Positions 1-9,743 of a DNA stretch of 64,000 nucleotides are shown here, piece by piece. The first letter of the stretch is position 1; every line of letters starts with the position of its first letter. This DNA is from Raillietiella orientalis (Eukaryota). Under the pieces are notes generated by a model. The model did not search any database and was not told where the DNA came from. It worked only from the letters and a program-made list of their open reading frames with translations. The stretch spans positions 62,001 to 126,000 of the forward strand of contig JAYWIR010000022.1 of assembly GCA_036172245.1 (NCBI GenBank), written 5' to 3'. Both the position numbers and the translations under genes were made by a program.

Positions 1-1326
1 CTTTCTGGACAGTGCTCACCCAAAGAGGTGCAACCTTGCTCAGAAATTCATAACTCATGTGTAACTGATAAAACAAAGAGCCAAGATGATTTGAAGCATG
101 GTGTTTTTAAAGGAAAGAGAAGGAACTTGATTTGTTCTCAGAAGCAGGGTGCTTGCAAAACTGAAGTCCAGAACCATAGTGAAAAACGAAAGAAATTTGT
201 TGCTACTCCTTCCTTAAGTACAATGAATTTTTCTTGCTTAGGAAAGCATGTGTCATGCTTATCAGGAAGGACTAGCACAGGAGATCTTAAAGAAATACCG
301 GAATGCAGCAAGAAAGATGCATCACATCTTGAGACAGAAGCCAAAAAGCATAAACATCTTAATAATGATTACTTTAAGGTATCCAGTGATGTTAAGAAGC
401 AGAATAAAGAAAAGCCTTTGCAATCAGCAGAACAGGAGGCAAAAATGAATGTTATTGGTATCCCACCTGGAGATCAAGAAAAACCAGTGGCAGTCATGCT
501 TGATGTTCCAGTGGTATCCTACAATAGGAAAGTCAGTGATTGTTCGAAACTCTCATTTGGTGTGCGTAGCAGTATACTGTGTCATGCAGATGGTAAATGT
601 GAGTCAGACAATAGAAAAAAAAAATCCAATAAAATTAGTGATACGAAGTTGAGTGCTTTTCATCATCCCCAGCGAGATTATATTCAGAGCAAAAATAATC
701 ACTTTAGTGAAATGAAAAGTGTGAAGGTAAGAAAGTGTGACCCCCGGACAGCAGCAGTGGAAGAGCCCCTAAAAAAGTGTGTTCGCACCAGAGATCAAAG
801 AAGAAATGAAATGGTCCATTTGGTTTCTACAAACGAAAAGGTTAATCATTCGGATGGTTTTATCCAAGAAATAGAAGAACCTTTGTATTGTGATAATGAA
901 AATGCCTTGGGGTCCACATGTTGCATTACTGACAGAATTGCTCCAGAGGTGAATCATAGGATGGACTGCAAGACCCAAAGCTTGTATCTGGATACAAGGA
1001 GCAGCTCAAGAAAGTGTAAAAACAGGAAATCGTACTCAAAGAAGATCAGGCCATTCCAGCCCCTGTTGTCATCCAAAGATATAAATATAGATCCTAGGAT
1101 TGTAGGAAACAGTTGTGATGCAGAAGAATCAACCAGTATGATCAGTTCAGTCAGTGCATTATGTAATGATGCTCTCAGCTCTAAACCTTGCATCCAATTG
1201 CAGAGATTTTCATGGGAATGTGCTTTCAAAAGGGGTCAATATGGGCACATGGGGAATTCTCAGAACAACTCTGAAAAAAAAGAAAAAATGAGAAACTGCA
1301 TGCAGACAGAATTGATGAGACAGTGA
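1..1326 (+). CDS. Large low-complexity (K/S/E/C-rich) coding exon of an unidentified gene, open from the window edge; possible HP1-like protein (see findings)
   Basis: Frame 1 is stop-free from base 1 to TGA 1324-1326 in AT-rich DNA, where a chance 440-codon ORF is unlikely. No domain is recognisable in frame. A strong donor (CA|GTGAGT) sits at 1323, and a chromo-shadow-like peptide follows in the -1 frame (1275-1496). Confidence 0.55.
   Translation, partial: LSGQCSPKEVQPCSEIHNSCVTDKTKSQDDLKHGVFKGKRRNLICSQKQGACKTEVQNHSEKRKKFVATPSLSTMNFSCLGKHVSCLSGRTSTGDLKEIPECSKKDASHLETEAKKHKHLNNDYFKVSSDVKKQNKEKPLQSAEQEAKMNVIGIPPGDQEKPVAVMLDVPVVSYNRKVSDCSKLSFGVRSSILCHADGKCESDNRKKKSNKISDTKLSAFHHPQRDYIQSKNNHFSEMKSVKVRKCDPRTAAVEEPLKKCVRTRDQRRNEMVHLVSTNEKVNHSDGFIQEIEEPLYCDNENALGSTCCITDRIAPEVNHRMDCKTQSLYLDTRSSSRKCKNRKSYSKKIRPFQPLLSSKDINIDPRIVGNSCDAEESTSMISSVSALCNDALSSKPCIQLQRFSWECAFKRGQYGHMGNSQNNSEKKEKMRNCMQTELMRQ
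745..911 (+). repeat. 167-bp segment duplicated in inverted orientation at 2707-2873
   Basis: 745-911 is the exact reverse complement of 2707-2873. The same peptide (RTAAVEEPLKKCVR...CDNENALG) appears in ORF 28..1326(+) and ORF 2637..2882(-). Confidence 0.95.
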
Positions 1327-2706
1327 GTGGAGGTATGTTACACTACTTGGTTACTGGCGTTGACCATACTTCAATATCCTTGTTTTCACCCAATGCAAGG
1401 AAACACATGAAATTGCATGAGCTACACCTGAACACATTTGTACCAGTGATTCTCTTGGAAGCAAGTATGCAGAAAACAGCAGTTACAGTAAAGTGAGAAT
1501 GAAACACTAGTATTGTGCTGGGATTTTTACATGAATCAGTAGCACATGTGGCTGACTGAATTATCTCAGATTAATGGTGCCCAAATAACTTTTGTTTTTT
1601 TTTGTTGAATGTATTTCTATTAATGGAGTTTTTCCAGCCAGCAGTAAGTTGACCTCACACCAATGGGCTGAAAACTCTGTAAAGAAATCAGCTAAATTAA
1701 AGGCGGGATTTTAAATTTTAGCAAATTTGATTTGTTGCAATTAGATTTATTTTTCTTTAACAGTCAGACATGTTCATCTGTGTGCACGCTGATAATTAGA
1801 AGAATTACGAAAGCTGCCGCCCGTTTGAAGTAAATTATCTGTATCTCATAAACAAAGCATCAGAATACATTAGGACCTTAACCTACACAAAATCTTATAT
1901 GGAACAACTGCAATTATCGACACGGTGTTAAAAATGTTTATAGTATGAAGCCAGCTTTTCTGATGAGCATTATCAATCTTATCGTGCGAGCGATCGTTGT
2001 TATTCAGAAGAGTAAATGGTGTCTCCTTCTTGCAGCTATCTTCTTCCAAGCTCCTTTCATTTGTCTACAGCTCCCACACACTAAAGGTAGTGAAATCGCT
2101 ACTGGAACCCACGGTGCCATACATTGGTCTGTTTTCTGGTAGCACATGGAGAACGTGATTATATATTATTGCCATTCCACATTACAAACCAGAAAGTGCA
2201 AAGTGAAGCCACTCGCCTGACTCTTTTTCAACTAGTCCTGGAATAACGGGCCGTATTGATTCATTACGCACAAATTGGATTTCTTGGCAACTGTGCTAAC
2301 AAAGAACATTTAGTATGTGACGCCTCCAGATAAAGCCTTGGTGCTTCTCATACTGTTTTTTTGCTGTTCCGATGTGTACTCCGATGGCCGATGAAAAAAT
2401 TAATGACAAACTAATTTTAGAAGAGTTCCTATTTCGATTTTTCTTGGCGATCCTTAGCGGTTTCTGCAAAACTCATCGTGAACCTTTTTCTTCCAACAGC
2501 TCCCGCTCGTGTTTCACATTTACGGGAGCTGACGCCCGGGGCTACAAAGTTGCCAGTAAACTCTTCAGAAGAAATGTTATTCATGAAGCCGTGTTTGGAA
2601 CAGAAGCCGCTTCAAAGAACTGCGTATTCTTTCTGGTCAGAGACAAGAGGATTCAACTGTCCTGTTTTTCACCCAAGTTCGATCCCGACACTGTCCCGAA
2701 CACTGT

Positions 2707-2873
2707 CCCAAGGCATTTTCATTATCACAATACAAAGGTTCTTCTATTTCTTGGATAAAACCATCCGAATGATTAACCTTTTCGTTTGTAGAAACCAAAT
2801 GGACCATTTCATTTCTTCTTTGATCTCTGGTGCGAACACACTTTTTTAGGGGCTCTTCCACTGCTGCTGTCCG
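2707..2873 (-). repeat. Inverted copy of 745-911
   Basis: Base-by-base reverse-complement identity over 167 nt. Confidence 0.95.
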
Positions 2874-2899
2874 AGGGCTCATTATCCTTATTGTTCAGT

Positions 2900-5800
2900 T
2901 TTCATCTTTTCTTGGAAGGTCTTCGTTCTAGGGTATGTGCGATCGAACCACCTTGCTTGGTGTTCTGCATCGCTCAAGTTTTCCCGCATCCAACTACAGG
3001 AACATCGCTTGTTTGCTTTTTATTGGGACTGTGCCTCAACTGACACTGTGGAGAACAAGCAGCAGGAACCTCGTAATATGCCTCCTCGTAACCTCTGCAG
3101 TCACGAAAGACTAGGCTTCAGCATCAGTGCATCTCGAGAAGGCGAGCACTGTCTTTGAAGATGCCCATCCCATAAGGACAAGGGGAATTGTGAAGAAATT
3201 CTATGAAAAGAAAGAATGAAGAAATTCTGCAAAGAACTTGTTTCACCGTGGTGCTGAAGTGAAGCCATCTTGAAGAAAACGCATTCATCTTCTGTCGTTG
3301 ATTCACCAGCTGGTCATCCGGAAATGCAAACTGCAGCGGCTGCTGTTAGTGCGAGGCGAAAACATGTCCAAGCACCGAAAGGGTTATGGCCCTCCTTTCA
3401 GAAACTGCCCGTGGCGGCTTGCTTTTCATTTAGATGGCGCAGCTTTGCGGCTTCACCAGAATCATTCCGAAAATTGGAAGCATCCCGCTGAATCCTGGAC
3501 GGAGAAACCAGAGACCGTTTCAGGGAAGACCTGACTATTGCCTCCTTTACGTGAATTCCCCATTTCCAGTATGCGCGGTGGTCGCAGAAACTGCTGGTAA
3601 TCTGATACACGCATAGACTTCCGTATTTTTTTATTACGTATTCAAAGGATCTGGAAAGTCCACGATTGGAGCTTCTAGAGCGTCTTGTGTCAGGAGACTG
3701 TACGCTAGAAGTGAAAGTTCCTGCAAGCTGCGACAAGCACAGCTGTTGCAGAAGACAACAAAATTCGCCATTTTCGTTCTCCTTTTCCGTTGTCCCATTC
3801 CTGCTGCTACAGTCCAGGTGAGTCGCCGCTCTGGAGACAAAGGACTACGATCATTTTGTTGTTTTGTCTAGTTTAACTTGCTCCTAATCCTTTCTCGAAT
3901 GTTTCTAAGTTGTGCTCAACAGAAACTTCTTCGTAATCAGTTTGAAAATGTCGTTCTTGTCTCATGAGAACTCTTGCTTGACTTGGATAGAGTAACCAGC
4001 GTCAATTCTGCACCTTACGAGATAACTCGGCCAACAAGAAAGCTGAGAGAGGAAGCTGTAGCTGAGAGGTTTCCGGAAATGAGCAGCGATGTATTCGAAG
4101 ACTTTGGAATCATTTCGCCACCTTTCTTATCGCTAAGCAGTCGAGGTCTTCATGCGCAGGCTGGCGGATGTGGCATCTACCTGGTCGAACCAGCGCTTCA
4201 CGATGAGCGAAACCATGTCTGCTACCGAAAGACGCAGAATCGGGACTTTACCAAGTTTCGTATGGACTACCTAAAGAATTTTTTCCACTCTTTGCAGAGA
4301 AACTCACACCCTAGGGGCACTGTTGATAAGGCAAAGAGGCCAACTCTCTGCCTCCTCCTTATCAGAGAGGATTCGTCTCCGGCACAAAGAGGTAGATGCG
4401 CGCTGCCTGAGCAGCTCCAGTTCCCCTTCCAGCAACTGAAGCTCACTTGTGAACGCACATGCGTCAAGCTGCTTTCCAAGATGTGGAGCGGAAACGACGG
4501 AGTCCACCACCATTCTAGAAAACACCCAAGATGTGGTCCAGGACACATCTTGAGCACCGATCTCGTGCTCCGTATTCATAGGTGCCTGGTTTAGGCTGCA
4601 GCAAGACGAGGAGGTGGCCGCTTCCAAAGGAAGCGAGACCTGCGAAGGTATTTGGCGTGGGACATCACCCAATGATGCGCTGGTGCAACGGCTTCCACAG
4701 TTGATCTGCAAAAGTCTTGTAGCTGCGTCCACCATGAGCTCTTGCTCGGCTTACTGGCCAGCCTCCTCTGCTACCTGCGCTCGCTGTGGAGCAAAGCGCC
4801 AGACTGCATCGTTTTCATCAGTTTTCTCAACCAAGACTGAAGTTTAGACGGCGAATGAGGCAGAAGATCCCTTGAGTTCGACACCTCATACCATTCTTCG
4901 AACTTGCAATGAAGACATTCCCTTTCATTCTATCTTGTCTTCCATTCAACTCTAATGGCATGCCTGGTGTGAGGGCGTCTACGTCACTAATTAAGACGTT
5001 CTGTTGCTTCTGCAGATCTTGGCAGCAGCACTCAGAACGTTCTTTGAGTTTTTCAGGAGCGCTGGAGTCCAGATCGACAAGAATAAGTCGAAGATCCTGG
5101 AGCCTCGCTCGTTACTGCAGGCCTGTCTGCATGAGAATCTCAGTGAAGGATACCCCCGTGGTTAACCTGTGGTCATCGACGGATACGTTCTCGTTGTTGT
5201 AGGTCCGGCCCGCCTGCTACGATAAAGCTCGATATGCCCTCACCTTCTTCCGGGACCGCCTGAGTGCGATACTGGCTAACATCGCTACCCTGTCCCCGTG
5301 CTGACTGCTGTGCGTACCAAGACGCCGGTTCTGTTTGAGCGGGACTTCTTCAGATCCGAGGTGCGACCGAGTACCTTATCCTTCCCCGTTTTCCCCCACA
5401 TTGTCAAGGACGTGCTCTTGTTGTCCACCAAACACATAGCAAACCCAGGCATCGTCCTGGCGTATGGTCCTCGCTATGAGGCTGTGGAGCACTCACTGGA
5501 GCCTCCCTAAGCTCGGAATAAGTGTTGAAGCACCGGCTTCGCATCCGCGGATCCAGCCGCAGGCATGGACAGAGGTCGGAGGTCAAGTTCTCCTCCTGGT
5601 AGCGGCGATCCTGTAGGATCACCGTCGGACATCTCGCCTTCCACTGAACTGGAGGCGGCAGGAATCCATGGAGACGCAGGTGGATGGTGTGATAGTTCTC
5701 GATCACAGCCACTATTTCATCCATCGCGCTGAGAACTTGATCTTAATGCTGCGGGAGAAACCTATCGGATGAGATGTTCCTCTTAAGCATTTCTGAGTAC

Positions 5801-6150
5801 TTTCTTGACATTGGAGAGCACTTACCTCCCATGCTGGTCCGATTGCTCGGAGAGAGAGCTGCGGTAGATGTTCAGCTCACGGTGTGCCTCCAATCCTCAT
5901 CTTCCTGTTTTTCGTTTTCGCGTCGCAGAACAGAAATGCTGTGCATTTCAGCGCATCCCAGTGATCGATTCTGAGAATCGTGGCGTTCCTCAAAGTTGAT
6001 CCGATGACCTGGTGACTGTATTCGTCTCAAGTGAGGATAGCATGGTAATTGGCATTGCGTTTTTCCCAGCGTCCTCGCGTCCCACTTCGTTGGTTTAACA
6101 CCCAGTAACGCCGGGGCATTTATTATAAAAATAATAAACATACATGTGTA
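2900..6150 (-). mobile_element. Degenerate Ty3/Gypsy LTR-retrotransposon internal region (gag-pol remnant); boundaries approximate
   Basis: Frameshifted motifs occur in Gypsy order on the - strand: gag-like region ~5400-5950; RT-like SLNQAP (cf. GLxNAP) and MVVDSVVS..HLGKQL (cf. YLDDxVVxS..HL) ~4450-4600; integrase-like WKWGIH (cf. WGID) ~3550-3570; HNSPCPYGMG (cf. SPYHPxxNG) ~3160-3190. No LTR pair recognised. Confidence 0.6.
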
Positions 6151-6299
6151 GGGTCATCGGTCCTACATCGTTTGAAAACGTTGGGAACCTGTCGAGTAAC
6201 TGGCACGCTGGCCGGCGAGGTTCTCTTCAGCAGCGGAGGGGGAAGGGGCAAGCGAAAATAAAATTAAATAAAATTCAATAATAAAAAGACTCTGGGGAG

Positions 6300-9200
6300 C
6301 ACGGGAAAGGATCACTGACTCTGGAGAGCGTTCTCTTCATCCTTTCCAGGATGTTGGCAAGTCCCATCCGAGTGTGCCCCAGGTGGGACCATCTGTTGTC
6401 CGCAGAAAGCTCAGGGCGAGGCAGATGGCATCCCTATAGCACCGTCCTCCTATCGCGTAGCTCCAGTCCGCCACAATCCCGCGTGAGCAGCGAAGAGCTT
6501 CTGGGAATGCCGCAGGCGAAAGGGCATTGCGCATGAAGAGGCTCTTCGTCACGTACCTGGGATTGTCCGTCGATGCACCAAGGGCCGTTGAGTAACGGAA
6601 CCACAGGGGTCGGACGTTATAAGGAAGCAACTTCCGATTCCGATCAACGGACCGTCACTTGGGACACTCTTGTAACCCCTGTCCTCCGACCCCTGATTTT
6701 GTTTTGCCTGGCACTCCTAGTGTGGTGAAAAGGACGAATGTCCTCCTTCGAAAAGCCCTCAGGGGCAATGGGAACTTCCGAGTCCTATTAAAAGACTTGT
6801 GCGCTCCTCGTTGCGATGGAGGATTTGGACTCCTGACTTTGGAGCTTTGGGCCACTCTTCTCAAGTTCAACTGAACTTCGGAAGACTTGTCTTCGTGGCA
6901 CAGAACTGGGCCACCCATTGGTGTGCCCTTGTACATTTGCTCTGCCGGCTGGCGGTCGGTGGCGAGGGACTCGCAACCCTGTTTGCGTGTCATCACCGCC
7001 GGCTCCCATCCTGCGGATTCCCTCTCTGGTGTGTCGCTGCTCTGGTGAGAGTGAACACGTGAATTCGCTGCCGCCCTGCAAATACTCCGGCCTGGCGGCA
7101 GGAGAAAGTGAAGACGTGGGCCCAGCTTGCCTGGAACCTTTTGGAAGTTACCCACTGCCGAGAGTTTCAGAAGAACAGCGGAAGAACACTGGAAGCGGTG
7201 GGTAGTTAGCTTACAAAGTTGGTCTACCCACCAGCCACTCCACTTCACCATAGCGGTGTCCTCCGCTATCGAGGTACACGGCACCTGCCTACCGACTAAG
7301 TGTGAGGTTTCCTGAGAGATCTCGGCCCGCAGAAAGCCTATCGGGGGCTGGACTACCCGTCAGCTGGCTGACTCAGCAACAGCGAAAACAGGCTCTAAAG
7401 GACTGGAGCTCTTCTCCATTCAGCCCGAAGACTTAGAAGTGCCCCCTGTATTTATGAACAGCAAGCTGATTCCCCTCAAGTGGCAGCAATCGGCTCTGCT
7501 GATACTGCAACAAGCGCCGGCATTACTGGACGACGAGAAGCACATCTCCGAACTGTGCCAGATGTGGGAAGGATACCTTTACCCACTCCTTGGTACAGTG
7601 CGTTGCCCTCCAGGAGGAATGGGAACCTTTCTCCGCGCCTCATCCAGGTCCCAGAGGCTCTTTGAGGCCCCTCTTCATTCGGGACGCCATGACGCCTGCA
7701 GCCGCAATCGCAGCGCGGTGCTGGGTGTGCGCTGTCGTGGTGGCGAAGGGCGACGCCGAGAGAGGCCGGAGAGACGGAAGGGCTCTCCTGCACACCAGCC
7801 GCTTCCTGCGGAGGTGACCCCATCTGGAAAAAAAGGAGCTCGTCGGCATCCTTCAACGAATGCGGAGGCCCAACCCACCATGAAATGTGATCCCTTCCCT
7901 TCCCCCCAACTATTTTTTTTTTGTTAGTTTTTATTGTTGGTGATGATTTGCTTCTTTTTTCTCTAGTTTTGTTTTATCCCCCTTCCCCTTCGTGGACGTG
8001 ATAGACCTCGCCAGCTCCCCCCTTGGTTGTTTTTTTGAGTGTGATAACTGGAATGGTGGACCTTCTTGTCTCCATCCATCCCTGTAAGAGTAATGGATGC
8101 CCTGGAGCACCCGGGAGTGAAACCACAGGGGTCAGAGGGCAAAACAGTCTACAAGCAGGTACAGGAGGGATTCCTGTTCCCACGCCTACAACAGTTGGGG
8201 TCCACTGCCCCCGGATCCAGTGATGCCGGCGGGCGTTGCACGGGAGACCCTAGTGCAACAGCAGAAGTGCCGACTCCTTCCGATTCAGGGGGACGGCCCG
8301 GTTGTTCTTCAGCTCTGGGGCCACTCGAGGTCTTCCTGTGGGATTCCCAGCAGCTAACCCCAGAGTAAGAGTTCTTTCAGTGGGACACTGGGGGTCGCGA
8401 TTGTCCGTGAGCTGGCGTCCCACTTCGTTGGAGTGCACGTCGGCATTCACGACTCCAGGAATGACCGCACTCTCATTCAGGACACTCTTCCTGGGCAAAA
8501 TATTCCCTTCGAACCTGTAGAACTTGCATTCCCTTTGCCTCCTTGTAATGAATAAAGTGTTTCAGCAACTCTTTGGCTGCTATGGAAAGTGACTCCCGAT
8601 GGGAACACTGTCGTGCACAGCGCCTTTCCCTATGACCCACAGAAGACACCCGATATCTTCCTAGGTTAAGGTATCGATCAGTTCTTCACATTACGTGTGT
8701 TTGGGGAACTCTTGGAGTGAATGGTACTCCGGCCTGCATCCTTTCGAGTTCACAATCATTTTGTACATCACAATATGAATATTCCTTGCCAAGCGTTTTC
8801 CCGTCTTGAAGGTCGCTGGCTTGGCTTCCGGATCCACGTTAACTGTGAGTTCTCTCAGCATCTTCGATTTCGAAGATGAAGGACCTCTGGCGTCTTCCGC
8901 CCTTCGTTGAGAACGCTTCCGACGCTGTCATGGCTTCAGGCGCTGCCGCTGAGCAGGACACTGCCGCCGTTGTTGCCGCGGCGGGCACATTTAGATCACG
9001 CGTTGGCTGCTCCTGGAACGTTTCCGTGTCGTCCGTGGCGTATCCCTCACAGCAGCTGAAGAGTCCAGAGTCGTCCGCAATTCCAGGCACCACTGCTGTT
9101 GCCGAGTTCAGGATCCAGAGTACAGAATCGGATGGAATCCTGGACACAAGAACGGCCTCCCGCCTTGGGTCTCGAACAGAGAACTGCTGAGAGATGCACG

Positions 9201-9350
9201 AGCAGGATGGCGCCTCATGCACCTGCGCTCGAGCAGTCTCCCCTCCTTTCCGCGCCAAACAGACCCGCCGCGTGATCTTCCCCAGTAACCAAGCTCACCG
9301 CGACACAAGACAAGGGAACCAGATGACATATACTCCTCTGCCATGACCCT
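6300..9350 (-). mobile_element. Degenerate L1/Tx1-like LINE (ORF1 zinc knuckle plus APE endonuclease remnant); boundaries approximate
   Basis: The - strand shows a decayed knuckle VGHRERRC ~8615-8650. APE-like motifs follow in order: SQET (cf. LQET) ~7310, SGVA ~7235, VGNF (cf. GDFN) ~7145-7155, TDRQPA (cf. SDHxPV) ~6945-6960. Many stops and frameshifts. Confidence 0.45.
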
Positions 9351-9464
9351 GTGATCTTCATATAGGCACTCACCCAATATAATTCCAGCTGGCCACCGAT
9401 TCTTTACCAGTTCAAACGCTTACCGCGCAGAAGTGCTGCTAGTGTCGGTTTATTAGCCAGTGCC

Positions 9465-9495
9465 ATCGCTCCTTGGCTTTTTGGCTAAGATCAAA
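9465..9495 (+). pseudogene. U2: U2 snRNA 5' fragment (nt ~1-31), interrupted by insertions
   Basis: ATCGCTCCTTGGCTTTTTGGCTAAGATCAAA versus the conserved U2 5' end ATCGCTTCTCGGCCTTTTGGCTAAGATCAAA (recalled): 28/31 identical. Confidence 0.88.
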
Positions 9496-9732
9496 CTGCC
9501 CGCGGCGGCGACCTTGCGGCTAGGGTGTCCGCGCGTGGTGCCAAGAGTTGCCGGTTCGAATCCCATCCGGGGAAAGAAGAGAAACGAATGCGTCGTAGTT
9601 TCGAATGCTCCCGCAGGATGACGCTGGTTGGCGTAGGCTTGGGGTACGAAAATCTTCGGTACTGATCCGAAGATTAGGAAGAGCCTGCAATGTTTCACGA
9701 TTAGGCCTGTAATTTTCTTTCATTTAATACAA
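9496..9732 (+). mobile_element. tRNA-derived SINE-like element (~237 nt) at the U2 insertion site
   Basis: tRNA-like head with a B-box GGTTCGAATCC (9553-9563) and a degenerate A-box region. Internal 9-bp hairpin AATCTTCGG/CCGAAGATT (9651-9675). T-rich tail ending AATACAA directly before U2-like TCTGCTTTTAT. Confidence 0.7.
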
Positions 9733-9743
9733 TCTGCTTTTAT
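9733..9743 (+). repeat. 11-nt U2-derived target-site duplication (5' copy)
   Basis: TCTGCTTTTAT versus TCTGCTCTTAT at 15109-15119 (10/11 identical). Both correspond to U2 TCTGTTCTTAT. Confidence 0.65.

Noticed and set aside
6077..8431. 17-nt exact direct repeat GCGTCCCACTTCGTTGG at 6077-6093 and 8415-8431 as a TSD or LTR remnant
   Set aside because: It does not coincide with element boundaries (the LINE continues past 8431). One 17-mer match within 64 kb is plausible by chance.
9497..9570. Genuine tRNA gene
   Set aside because: A B-box is present, but D and anticodon arms cannot be folded convincingly and there is no terminator directly downstream. A SINE head fits better.
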